The notes under the pieces are model-generated. The model did not search any database. It was given only the letters and a program-made list of their open reading frames with translations, and was not told the origin of the DNA. This document shows positions 1 through 11,271 of a stretch of 64,000 nt of DNA, one piece after another (the first letter of the stretch is position 1; each line of letters starts with the position of its first letter). This DNA comes from Phoronis australis. Taxonomy: Eukaryota; Animalia; Phoronida. Where the stretch lies: NCBI GenBank assembly GCA_002633005.1, contig NMRA01000210.1:515104-579103 (forward strand). Reading direction: 5' to 3'. Position numbers and translations under genes: made by a program.

Positions 1-334
1 TTGGGTATAAGACACGTCATTCAAATTTTGACGGGCCACTGCAACCTAGCCCGACACAGACACATTACTGGGCATATGGGGAGCCCTGTTTGTCCCGAGT
101 GTGGTACTGACGTAGAATCTCCTAAACACCTGGTAGAGTCTTGCCCAGCTTTTTATAGGCTAAGGAGCAACCTACTGGATGGCATTGTTACATGCCTACA
201 ACATATAGTGCATGGCAACAAATGGAAACGTCTGTCCGTTTTCCTAAAGGAGACTGGCAGACTTGAAAACTTTCTTCACGAGGAGCCATAATTGGGGTCT
301 CGTGCCTTTGCTCAGGTGTTTTGTGCAATGGGCC
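1..334 (+). mobile_element. 3' end of a non-LTR retrotransposon ORF2 (C-terminal CCHC zinc knuckle; LOA/R1/I-group-like) plus start of its 3' UTR, in a GRK intron
   Basis: Translation ILTGHCNLARHRH...CPECGTDVESPKHLVESCP fits the LTGH..CxxC..E/T..H....C motif at the end of LINE ORF2; stop at 289-291; cut by the N gap at 335. Confidence 0.8.
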
Positions 335-806
335 NNNNNNNNNNNNNNNNNNNNNNNNNNNNNNNNNNNNNNNNNNNNNNNNNNNNNNNNNNNNNNNNNN
401 NNNNNNNNNNNNNNNNNNNNNNNNNNNNNNNNNNNNNNNNNNNNNNNNNNNNNNNNNNNNNNNNNNNNNNNNNNNNNNNNNNNNNNNNNNNNNNNNNNNN
501 NNNNNNNNNNNNNNNNNNNNNTAAAACCCCAAGTTGTTAAATTTTAAAGTTTTTGCAGAATGCCCAGCACAGTTTTCTGCACAGAAATATCAAATCACAA
601 TTTTGGTATATCCTAGTTTAGTTTCTTCAATTTCTTTTCGCAATTTCAGAATAACGGGTCAAAACCAGTACATTTGAATCAATTTTTTCGCAGCATGACC
701 AGCTTAGTTAACAAAATCGTAATTATTTTAATGCACCTCGTATACATGGTGACGGGCAGAGCAAATTCTCTTATACTATATCGTTAGCATTCCTTTTTAA
801 TTGCAG

Positions 807-914
807 GGGCACACATGGCTACATGGCCCCAGAGGTGTTGAGTAAGGGTACGGCCTACGACTCGAGTGCTGACTGGTTCTCATTTGGTTGTATGCTCTAC
901 AAGTTACTAAAGGG
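807..914 (+). CDS. GRK2: GRK2/3 (beta-adrenergic receptor kinase) internal exon, kinase subdomains VIII-IX
   Basis: ttgcag|...|gtgagt; encodes [36 protein letters not shown]. Confidence 0.95.
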
Positions 915-1188
915 GTGAGTGACCTAGATCTCGCGTTGCGCATGTCACATGGCTAGTTTTGTTGGAGGTGGTTTTGTTTTTGTAGAGGGACACAGTGTGG
1001 GACTAGCAAGATTTATTGTTGTTATCAATTTTGTCTGAAAGCGTGTGAGCTATGTATGGTAGAGTGAGATAGTCTTACCAGAGAGAGCTGTTGACCTATA
1101 TTTAATCAAAACTTTACTGAACACTTTAAGACACTTGGCTTTCCTTCTTGTGAACTTCTGCAGCTGTTAAGCAGTTGTTGGCAGTATC

Positions 1189-1412
1189 CGTGTGTTTTAG
1201 TGGTCAATGTGGTCCACTTAACTTAAGTGTTCCTGTCTGTTGCAGTCACATAGCCTTGTTGTAGTTGACTCTACCGCATGCATAAGTACCACCTATGGCT
1301 GGAAGTGACCTGCAATGGACCAGTGCGTTGTCCAGGGGAACTTGGCTCTAGCTACAGAAGCCAATTAGTAGTGGTTCAATGAGCCTAAGGGATCATGAAG
1401 GTTGACTTTAAC
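1189..1412 (+). mobile_element. Degenerate SINE-like repeat
   Basis: GTGACCTGCAATGGACCAGTGCGTTGTCCAGGGGA central block and ...GAGCCTAAGGGATCATGAAGGTTGACTTTAAC tail resemble old metazoan tRNA-SINE bodies; assigned by recognition only. Confidence 0.4.
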
Positions 1413-1437
1413 AAACGGTTGTTGTTGCTGTTTGCAG

Positions 1438-1504
1438 ACACAGTCCGTTCAGACAGCACAAGACAAAGGACAAGCACGAGATAGACAGGATGACTATGAC
1501 AATG
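1438..1504 (+). CDS. GRK2: GRK2/3 exon
   Basis: ttgcag|...|gtgaga; [22 protein letters not shown], in phase with the previous exon. Confidence 0.95.
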
Positions 1505-1830
1505 GTGAGACACACACAGTCATAGTTGTTACATTCATAATGTTACTGTCACGAGTCAATAGGTTAGGGTTGATTAAGTCTTGTTGTTTCACTACATGTG
1601 ATTGTACTTTCAATTTCAACTGTACATCATTCTATAAGTAATGCATCTTTAGTAGTTCAACTATTTGAAATCAATGTTAAAGGCGACAGCATGCCCTATA
1701 AAAAGATAATACTTGCCTAAGGTTATTCCTTCTTGGTTTGGCCAAGTTTCTATTGCAAAATAACAGTTATAAGTCTTGGTCCAGACAATCTTTGTGGGAA
1801 ACTTTATTTCAAGTAGAAATTGAGATTTCA

Positions 1831-1943
1831 GCAATAGTCTGTCTGATATAACGTGGCCATATTTTGGAAACCAGTTAATGTCTGTGATACAGTGGAGAAA
1901 ACTGATTCTCAAAAATGCGGGCACGTTATGTCAGACTTTTGCC
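1831..1943. mobile_element. Short palindromic MITE (Tc1/mariner-like), copy 1
   Basis: Arms CTGATATAACGTGGCCATATTTTGGAAACCAGTT / AACTGATTCTCAAAAATGCGGGCACGTTATGTCAG; second copy at 6389-6492. Confidence 0.7.
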
Positions 1944-2237
1944 ACGATTTCTGTCAGTTTTCGCACAAGGGTAATTCTCGATGCGATTTCGAAAATGGGA
2001 CGATATCCGAGTTGAAACCAATCAGGTACCGTACAATCTGAGTAAGAACCTAGTGCACGATTTCGCATTGGAGATATGCATTTGTCCAAAGTTGCCAGTC
2101 TCCAAACCGTTTCTTCGAGACATTAAGACGAACTCAGACATTCTAAGAATGAGTTTGGTGTGGCGTGCCGGTTAATGTACTTACTTATTTTTACCTAGGC
2201 CAGAGTATTTTTAAATCTTTGTATTCTTGGTGTCCAG

Positions 2238-2338
2238 AATGTCGAGTTCCCAGAATCAATGTCGCCGGACATGAAGTCATTATTAGACGGTCTGCTGAAG
2301 AGAGAGGTGGACGAGAGGCTTGGCTGTAAAGGAAAAGG
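2238..2338 (+). CDS. GRK2: GRK2/3 exon
   Basis: tccag|...|gtaagg; [34 protein letters not shown]. Confidence 0.93.
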
Positions 2339-2676
2339 GTAAGGAGTGAGGGGTGGAACATAAAAGCTAAGGGTAATGTGTTGAGGGCTGAGACATGAAT
2401 GGAAAGGGTTCTATCATCCTGCACTATAGTAGGATAAGGGTTGTGCATATTGGAGTCCAAGTAGTTCATTTGATCCATTATAGCCTGCTGTACCCAATAC
2501 TGTTTTGAGGTTTACGATGCACACTAATACTGTACGCTTTCTCTGCTGCAGTACTGCTATGTACGAATAAATATGGAAGATACTCGCCAGTTGTTATTGA
2601 AGCTTTCCGTTGAGTCTCATCTTCTGAAAGCAATCTTTGCTGAACGAGACGTCATTTATTATCTTTGAATCACCAG

Positions 2677-2839
2677 GGCATCAGAACTGAAGGAACATGG
2701 TTACTTCAAGGGTATTGACTGGCAGCAGGTGTCCTTACAGAAGTACACGCCTCCTCTGATCCCCCCACGGGGTGAGGTTAATGCAGCTGATGCCTTTGAC
2801 ATTGGGTCGTTTGACGAGGACGATACTAAGGGGATCAAG
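2677..2839 (+). CDS. GRK2: GRK2/3 exon (AGC C-terminal tail)
   Basis: caccag|...|gtaata; [54 protein letters not shown]. Confidence 0.95.
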
Positions 2840-3269
2840 GTAATAATACGGAGTAACTTACAATAATATTTGTAAGGTATATATGTAATATTTGCTATAT
2901 ATTATTAAGCTTTAAACTGTCATGAGATTTGTTCGGGGCTTGGAATTTTCCGTGGAAACGCGGATTTCCGCTTTTTTCAAATGTTCTGTCCGCGTATTTT
3001 ATTATATTTCCATGTAAAAAATATCGGATTTGATGTAAAATTTCCGCGGCAAATTTCTTTCTTGCTGCGGCGTTGCCGACAACTTTCACCTCGGAAAGCA
3101 AGAAGTTGCTCTTTATGTTTCGGAGGAATGTAAATTGTCATCATTGCCGGGGCACCTGGGATAGCGTGGTTTTCTTCAATGGCACCTCGTGAGATTGTAA
3201 ATCGTGGTGACAAATAGACGGATGAGCTAAAAAGACGCACGCAGACGCACGCTTCAGTAGGTGGTACCT

Positions 3270-3362
3270 TTTTTTTAGTCCTCCCGATGTTTTGTCGGCA
3301 AAAGGTCCACATCGACAACATTTCGAGCCCCCCCCCCATTTTCAAGGCTGGGTGCGCGCCTG
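3270..3362 (-). mobile_element. Terminal fragment of the MITE family at 17037-17304
   Basis: TTTTTTAGTCCTC...TTCGAGCCCCC...GGCTGGGTGCGCGCCTG matches the reverse complement of 17037-17127. Confidence 0.6.
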
Positions 3363-5196
3363 TTTAGGGTCGTAAAAATTGCTGCTTTTTTGTCATGGTT
3401 CATTCCAAGCCCTGTTTCTTCCTGTTATCGGCGCTGGTGGTTTTAATTGCAAAAACAGAAACTGAGTTAGTTGTTCGTATTGGTGTAGGTCACGAAGGTT
3501 TTAGACACAGGTAATGGATTCCAATATGAATTCTTCTCCGTTCTCTTCAGCGGTCAAAGACTCAAGTTTCACGAAGTGGGTGTAGGAAAGTAATGGTATT
3601 GTGGAAAAGTGCAAGTTTGTGTGAACCGTACTTCTTAAATCTGTGCATTGCACTTGCTTATCTGTATTGCTTACAGCTTTTGGTTGCCATTCACTTGTAG
3701 GTCTTCTTTACACTTACTGTCATGGAAAAACAAACTTTGACTGTTTAAAGTGTTGAAAGCCAACATATTCTTATCTCCATAATGTTAGCATTAATTTTGT
3801 TATGATCTCTATATTGTTTGACCTAGTTATAGTCCTTATTTCAAATAAAACTAACTGTATTTGTGTTTCCGTAGAATAAATGGCTAATGATTTAGACCTT
3901 CAAATAATGGAACCAGTGTTTGAGACTTTAGCAATTTCACCTCATTATGACCTACTTTTCAAATATGTAGGTCACGGAACAATCTGCTGTGCTCAGTTGC
4001 ATGAAACAGTCCCAGGGACTCAACAAATTTCCCTAAATCTTTTGCGTATTGGTGTCGTTGTTTTTACTCACAAATGTAATCTTTTTCTATCATTTTGTCT
4101 TTTATTATTAGCTCCTCGTTGACTTATGTCATTTTCTAATATTATAACTGAAAACTGAACCCTGAGTTCAGTGAAAATAAATAGGAAATTAGTCCTTAAA
4201 TTACTGGCATTGCATGAAAAGGCCCCTATTAATTTTTGATAATATTGAGAATTCAACGAAGAGTTCACCATCGATTTGTACTAAATTCAGAAAATGACTT
4301 ATTAATGAAACTAAAACAGCATAGGGAAAGGCGATCGATGTTTGCTCAAGTCCGTAAATGTGCAAAAGAAGATTTTAGGAACTTAGTTGAGTCCCTATTG
4401 GGAACCGTTTCATGCAGCGTGGCACTGACCTACATGGAATTATTGGCTAGATAATGTATTTGTATGTTTTGCAAACCTGAACACTGTGTCCAGTTGTCAC
4501 CCAAATTGAGAAAATAGTTACAACTTTATCAAAATAAAAAGTCTTTGAATGCACTACATTGGGGTAACTCAGTTAGCATGCAGACATTTGGCAAAATGAA
4601 ACACTAGGTGAAGCTAAACTAGGAATTGAAAATTAGAATTTCATTTCTAGTTGTCATTTTTCATCTTTCATTTTTTTAGAAATTAAATATAAGTGGTGTA
4701 CAGTACTTTTGTCAAAGCAAGACACGTGAAAATGATCACTGTAGATAGTGAAGTTGGGAAACATGTTGTCCTGAATGGGTTTGTTACATACCCTGCTCTA
4801 AAACTCGTGCCTTTTTCCGGCGAGTGCCTTTTCCGGTGGGGAAACAAAATTGCCATGGTGTGACTGAAAGCCGTGTTGTTACAATCTGCGCCACAAATGC
4901 TGCACCTCACCTTTGTCAACTTTGTTTAAAATTGCAAAAATATCAGGCAACTGCGTCGCAACCACGCAGACAATGGAAAGCTTAGGCACGCAGTATTGGT
5001 CGTTCACACCACTACATTATTCGGGTCAGCCAGTAACAAGTCAGCAGCTGATTAGTTATTCATGGTCTATGCTTCACTCATCTCAATGTTGTTTGATTAC
5101 TTGTCCCCAAGTCTCACTTCACACTTAAGTGCACATGCCCTTATAAGCCTTCGAGGAAGATTTTGCTTATATTCCAACCAGCCCAAGGACTGTCCA

Positions 5197-5420
5197 GGGG
5201 TCGGGGTACAATCTTTTTTCTGAAAATCGAACTCGAAATTTATTTTGGCATTTTTCATTCTACTTTTGTGCGAACTCAAGAGAAGCGTCTATTAGTCTGT
5301 GTTCAAGTACATTATGGTTTAGGTGCATGAGTTTCTATTCCAAGTTCATACTTTATGACCCCTAGATTCGAGCTATAATCTTGAGTAAAAAGTCAAGTTT
5401 TTAATTCAGACTCGAATTTA
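5197..5420 (+). mobile_element. Partial copy of the MITE at 8139-8528
   Basis: AATCTTTTT..GAACTCGAA..TTTTGGCATTTT..CGAACTCAAGA..AAGTACATTATG aligns with 8150-8260. Confidence 0.65.
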
Positions 5421-5786
5421 ATGCCGGGCTCATCAAGAGCAAGCTAGGATTAACAGATTAGGCTGCGGGCCCAGATGTTGAACACGCTGCCATCTGTTGG
5501 TATATCCCATTTACATCTGTTGATATGTATATGCTTTACAAGCATATTTACTGCTCTAAATTTGCGTGCTTTGAGTAGCTCATGTCCAGTCTTGCTTCAT
5601 GTGTTATACGAGGCTGTCGAGAGCCTGGTTTCCCCAATAACCCGTGACCAGTATTCGAGGTATTTGCTCTTGTCGATGCATTTCAAGGGCGTGTGCTTAT
5701 GTGGACTTCTTCCGAGTTATTTCGATGGAAGATAGTGTCCTCGGCCACGTGACAGACTGTCTGAAGTGCAGTGTCTTCTCTTGTAG

Positions 5787-5949
5787 CTGTCTGACTCTGA
5801 TCAAGAGCTGTACAGGAACTTCCCACTTGTTGTCTCGGAGCGTTGGCAGCAGGAAGTAGCCGAAACTGTGTTTGAAACTGTTAATCAAGAAACGGACAAA
5901 ATCGAGCAAAAGCGGCGGCAGAAGCCCAAGACTGAAGAAGTTGATGCTG
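5787..5949 (+). CDS. GRK2: GRK2/3 exon
   Basis: ttgtag|...|gtaggt; [54 protein letters not shown]. Confidence 0.95.
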
Positions 5950-6388
5950 GTAGGTTTCGCCTTTAACATTTAATCTAATTAAGCCGCAGTGCTATTCATA
6001 GGTGGAGCAAAACATGTGTGATATCGTGTTACCCTGGCAGCACTTGGAGGATTGTGGTGGTGTTAAAACACCAGTGTGCTTGATATCACGTGTCAAAAGT
6101 TATCCTCTAATTCAGATATTACACTAAGATGTATATTTGGTTCTGGTTCATGCCCAGACTCATTTTGAAACCTGCACCCAACTACTTAAAGCCGTAAAAA
6201 CAAGTTCTATACAGACCACTTACCATTATGGAACTGGTCTCAAATCATTCCTTACTTTCAAGGCTTCCAGACAACTAGCAGTTTGTTATTTTTTTCTGAC
6301 CATGCTCATAAAATTCCGATCATGGCTTAAACTGAAAATTTTTGAGCTTTTTATGAAGAAGTAAATGAACAGTAATGGTGGGATATAA

Positions 6389-6492
6389 CTGATATAACGT
6401 GCCTGAATTTTGAGAACCAGTTTTCTCCGCTGAATAATGGGCATCAAACTGGTTCTCAAAATACGGGCAGGTTATATCAGACTATTGCCGTA
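6389..6492. mobile_element. Short palindromic MITE (Tc1/mariner-like), copy 2
   Basis: CTGATATAACGTGCCTGAATTTTGAGAACCAGTT / AACTGGTTCTCAAAATACGGGCAGGTTATATCAG, ending ...TATTGCCG-TA. Confidence 0.7.
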
Positions 6493-7648
6493 ATGAACTG
6501 TCCTATCTTGCCAAGCCTAGAGATCACTTTTAAACTGCATAGGGAAAAAGATCAAGCCAATTTTATAATTGTAAATGGCCCTATCACAAAACTTGGTTTT
6601 TGACAGAAAGCGCTGTTTAATATCATTTAAACAAAAGACTCACATCCTTACCAAGTGCAACACATAGCTATCCAGCCTGACTTTTAAATGATGTGCTTCG
6701 TCAACTCGGCCACAATCACCTCCTTAATGACATTTTAAAATTGATGTAACTACTGGCTGAAATGAACTAGTGTCACTCCCGTCTCCCAGTCAATGCCAGT
6801 ACGGCCAATTGCATCACTGGACCAATCGCATCACTTGACCTGAGGAAAAAACATCACTTAAGTTGATATTAGATGAATTTTAATTTGCTGACCACCTAAT
6901 ATAGAATACTTCATCACCACATCAGTTTTCAAAACAAACAGTCCAGAACCAGCTATGTTCGTTTGGCCTTACATGGAAAATATTCATCCTATTGAGATCT
7001 TACAGTAAATTGTGCCAAATTAACATGCAAGTTTTCAATCAAACTAGGATAATCAGAATGGTATGACATGTTTGGGATGATGTAGTTACAAACTGCCCTA
7101 TCTTCAACTTGGGATGATGTAGTTACTAACTGTGTCCTATCCTCAACTTGCCATGCTTAAATGTTTTGACCTTCACAGTTATAAGTGAAGTCCTTCGCTA
7201 AAACTCGTCGGTTCTTCCAAATCACAGAAATCACTGTTTAAATTGAGTGCAGCATCAGCAGGTCAAAAAAATTGTGCAAAAGAAATGAGAATCAAATGGT
7301 TCATTATGCCAATATGAGAATAAATGAAGAAAACGAAACGTGTTGGCTTGCCTTATCTCGTGACTCAATTTTTTGTGAGGATCACAAAATCAAATTAAAA
7401 CATTCGTCACTTGTCACTGTGTAAAACGTGATGTCCCAAGGTAAAAGTCAAATTACTTAAACAGCACTCAAGATAACTCAAACTTGACTAGGAGCAGGCC
7501 AGGGCTAACTTGTCATTGGTAATTGTTTTTTGAAGTTGAAAATTGATAAGAACCAGTAATTTGTGAGCGAGGATGGTTGTTGTGAGCGTACATTGCGTGC
7601 TTGATAGTGACCTAGACATCACTGTGTTTGTGTCCTGCTTGCTGGTAG

Positions 7649-7803
7649 GTCCTACCGACTGTATTGTGGAGGGTGAGGTGCTAAAGTTGGGCGGACCATT
7701 CCTGCAAACATGGCAGAGAAAGCACCTGAAACTGTACCCCAACAGGCTGGAGTTCTACCACAAGAACCGTGACGGACAAGTAGTGAAAAGCAAAGGTGTA
7801 GAG
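7649..7803 (+). CDS. GRK2: GRK2/3 exon, PH domain N-terminal part
   Basis: ggtag|...|gtaagg; [51 protein letters not shown]. Confidence 0.93.
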
Positions 7804-7818
7804 GTAAGGACACCACTG

Positions 7819-8135
7819 GTGCCTGTTTCATCAAAAAGTGACTTGTGACTTCCGACAGAAATTTGGCCTCGCGCTCCCACTTGAAAATTGCTGAAAAAAG
7901 TCTTAGCCAAATAACTGTGACTGCATGGCAGTCTAGAAATGATTTAAAGAATTTATCCTAGTGACTGGCAGCCATGTACATGCTGCCAAATTATCTTAGT
8001 GACTGGTAGCCGTGTGCGTATTGCCAAACTTACATTTGCTCAAATGAGATTTACATATTTTTCAGAAATAGTTGTGTGGGGCATAAGACCAAATTTCTGA
8101 CTTAAGTCTTTAGTCACTTTTCATAAAACAGACCC
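7819..8135. mobile_element. PIF/Harbinger-like MITE family A
   Basis: TIRs GTGCCTGTTTCATCAAAAAGTGACT / AGTCACTTTTCATAAAACAGACCC; CTG and CAG flanks; more copies at 10994-11271, 52639-52874 and an end at ~60795. Confidence 0.7.
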
Positions 8136-8138
8136 CAG

Positions 8139-8528
8139 GGCCTAGTCGCTAATCTTTTTGTTCGAAATGGAACTCGAACTTATGTTTGGCATTTTCTACT
8201 CTACATTTGTACGAACTCAAGATAAGTGTCTGTTACTCTATGCTCGAGTACATAATGACTTACGTGGATAATTCATTAGTCCTAGTTTGCAGTTGATAAA
8301 CCCAATATTAAGGTTAAAATTTCAAGTTTGAACTCGACTTTGTAGTTTCAGGTCAATATAAGGGTCATCAGATGCAAACTTGAACTGGAAACTCCTCATA
8401 TGCGTATAAACTATAATGTATTCAAGCACAGTCTAATAATCACTTACCTTCAAGTTGCACAAAAGTAGCAGAGAAATTGCCAAATTAATTTCACTTTCGT
8501 TTTGAGTATAGAGATTAGAGACAGGGCC
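8139..8528. mobile_element. PIF/Harbinger-like MITE family B with CAG target-site duplication
   Basis: TIRs GGCCTAGTCGCTAATCT / AGATTAGAGACAGGGCC with long imperfect inner inverted arms; CAG at 8136-8138 and 8529-8531. Confidence 0.75.
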
Positions 8529-8950
8529 CAGGTCTATTAAAGGCTTCACGGTGCATGACACATAATCCGACGAGAAGAAGTAGATATTAAAAATCTTTTC
8601 AACTTACTGAGAGATTAGACTTTTCCCACAAGGAACCTCTTGCTGAGGGGTGTCCATGCTCACAATGAGGCGAGCAATGCAGTGGCTTTAACCATGTGAT
8701 CGAATCACATTTCACAGATGCAACAATCCTTGCTTGTAAATCTCAAGTTTACACAAGTCTTTGTACATTTTCACCATGCATTACTTTCAAAGCATGTGTT
8801 CACACTAGCTTTACGCGCGAGTGTCTTGGGTCTACGTTAAACAGCCCTAGAGCGCTGCATAACGTCAACCCTTGATACGAAGGTGGAGATAAACTTTTGT
8901 TAATCATTGCTACCCTCTGTATCAAGACTGAGGTGTTTTTGTTCTTGCAG

Positions 8951-9067
8951 CTGGTCTCCATGCTGGATATTAAAGAAATCCTAACAGATTTTCAGAAGTT
9001 GAACAAAACAGAGAACTGTATTGTCGTTCATTTAAAAAATGACCAAAAGTTGGCTGTCACATCACCG
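8951..9067 (+). CDS. GRK2: GRK2/3 exon, PH domain
   Basis: ttgcag|...|gtaagt; LVSMLDIKEILTDFQKLNKTENCIVVHLKNDQKLAVTSP. Confidence 0.9.
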
Positions 9068-9805
9068 GTAAGTCAACTACTACCACGTTAATACCGTTGC
9101 TCCTTGTGTCCGGGATCATATAGTGTCGCATGTTACTAGATCTAGACTTGCTATTGTTACTTTTTACCTAATACTTTATTGCCTTATAAAGTCTGTATAA
9201 AAAAATTACTCAGTTCCTGTTTTTACTCCAGCTCATGCACAAGTAAACGTTCATCGAATAAATTCCATTTTTCTTCAAATTAACTGGCTTCAAGTCAGCG
9301 CGAAGAAGACAAAGTTGTGATTAGTTGTTCACTCATTTCCTCACCCAGCGTTGACCTATTACTAGCGTTTGGAATCGCATTTAATAAGGTCATAGGATTT
9401 CTTTTATGCATTTAACTTTTTAAATAAAATGTAGTTACTTGGTTATGAGCATGTAGGCATTATTTTGATGCACGTAAAGACTCTGTGATCTTCAATATTA
9501 AAAAGTGGCTGTGGTTCTCTTAACCATTTTACACCATACCTGTGGTAAATACTCTCACTGTGTAGTATTTATTTCATCTCTTTGAAATCCAATTTTCACC
9601 ACCCTTCGTCATTTATTTATTATCTTAATTCTCAACCTATTTTAATTGCATCTCTTTTACATGTATTTAAGTGTTGTTGTATTACTTAATTGTATTATAT
9701 TACTGTTTTTTGTTATTGAGGGCCCTCTTGGAAAGCAGTGTACTTCTTGGTTATCGTATGGTTGAAACCAAATGTATGTCTCTGACCTGTGTAGTCTGTC
9801 TATAG

Positions 9806-9976
9806 GACAAGGTGTTGATTAACCAGTGGAAGGATGAGATCATCAATGGCTTCCGTATGTCCACTCAAATCATGGCCAACATGAACCCCAAAGCCTCCAA
9901 GATGTATGGCGCACAGTGTAACAATCACAACTCGAACCGACCACCTCTGGAACACCGCAACAGTAACGGCAGTTAA
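9806..9976 (+). CDS. GRK2: GRK2/3 terminal coding exon (copy 1)
   Basis: ctatag|; DKVLINQWKDEIINGFRMSTQIMANMNPKASKMYGAQCNNHNSNRPPLEHRNSNGS-stop; PH C-terminal helix (QWKDEI) and a GRK3-like HRNSNG tail. Confidence 0.88.
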   Translation, partial: DKVLINQWKDEIINGFRMSTQIMANMNPKASKMYGAQCNNHNSNRPPLEHRNSNGS

Positions 9977-10091
9977 GCTGGTTAGGTGACGTGGTGAAAT
10001 CCAATCATGAAATCCTGGTGGTGGCAACGATAGGAACTGCCGAGGACAGCCTGTTGAGACCGTGTCACCAGTTGATGTCAGACGGGGCAGN

Positions 10092-10183
10092 CTGGCCACT
10101 TTATGGTACCAATAAACAACCCTAGAAGGATACCGTATGCGGTGCAATTGTGGGCGCATTTCAACGCTCCGCGTTTCTCTTGT
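10092..10183 (+). mobile_element. 3' end of the HINE/Helentron-like element (present before GRK last-exon copy 2 only)
   Basis: TGGCCACTTTATG..AAACAACCCTAGAAG..GTGGGCGCATTTCAACGCTCCGCGTTTCTCTTGTT aligns with 55035-55126. Confidence 0.75.
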
Positions 10184-10278
10184 TGTTGTTGGGGGCCCTT
10201 TTGGAAAGCAGTGTACTTCTTGGTTATCGTATGGTTGAAACCCAATGTATGTCTCTGACCTGTGTAGTCTGTCTATAG

Positions 10279-10449
10279 GACAAGGTGTTGATTAACCAGT
10301 GGAAGGATGAGATCATCAATGGCTTCCGTATGTCCACTCAAATTATGGCCAACATGAACCCCAAAGCCTCCAAGATGTATGGCGCACAGTGTAACAATCA
10401 CAACTCGAACCGACCACCTCTGGAACACCGCAACAGTAACGGCAGTTAA
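10279..10449 (+). CDS. GRK2: GRK2/3 terminal coding exon (copy 2, probably the other haplotype; continuous with the 3' UTR)
   Basis: Same peptide as 9806-9976 with one synonymous ATC/ATT difference; the two copies are separated by a single N at 10091. Confidence 0.8.
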   Translation, partial: DKVLINQWKDEIINGFRMSTQIMANMNPKASKMYGAQCNNHNSNRPPLEHRNSNGS

Positions 10450-10993
10450 GCTGGTTAGGTGACGTGGTGAAATCCAATCATGAAATCCTGGTGGTGGCAA
10501 CGATAGGAACTGCCGAGGACAGCCTGTTGAGACCGTGTCACCAGTTGATGTCAGACGGGGCAGGACTGTGGCACAGTCACTGGGCATCATGTGGAGCGGC
10601 TGACATTTTGTATGTTTCTAAACACCATTTTGGTTTATGTCAGTGAACACGCTTCCAACAAACTGTAACATCAGCGGGTTTATTTTTGTATATTTATTGT
10701 TTTGTTCTTCTTCAATTGGTCTGCCGCTGCGCCGATTTGATCATTAGCCTGGACTGTGAGTTTGTTAGCTGACCAAGTGGGGGTGCTGCAGGGTGATGGT
10801 TGCTAGGTAACACGCCTACAAGTGTGTTGAGGAACTCTTGGTAAATGGCTGTTTCCTTCTGAATGATAAAATTGGAACTAGGCGATAATGTTGAACGCAG
10901 TGTTGTGTGTCACCAGTGAGCATGTGATAGCGATTTTTTAATTGTTGATTTATTATCAGAGTTAACGTATCAAACTCAACATGAGGTTATAAC

Positions 10994-11271
10994 GAGCCTA
11001 TTTAGGGAAAAGTGACTTATGGCTTAAGACGGGAGTTTCATTTTATGTTTATAATTCATTTTACCCTTCTATAGTCAGGACAAATATTTCTAAAAAATGA
11101 ATTAATCTCAATTCAGTGCAGAACGTTGATGAGATGGTGTCTTTAAATTGTCACTAATTTGAGGTGTGCTGACAAGTGCATTGAAAAAACTTTGTTCTGT
11201 AATATTGTAAAGAGGGAGAATAAGGAAAATTTCAGACTTGAGGCTTAAGTCACTTTTCATAAGGTAGGCCC
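10994..11271. mobile_element. MITE family A copy in the GRK 3' UTR
   Basis: GCCTATTTAGGGAAAAGTGACTTA / TAAGTCACTTTTCATAAGGTAGGCCC inverted ends. Confidence 0.6.

Noticed and set aside
10279-10449. Alternative last exon of GRK by true exon duplication
   Set aside because: Identical protein, single-N junction and similar patterns elsewhere favour a haplotype artefact
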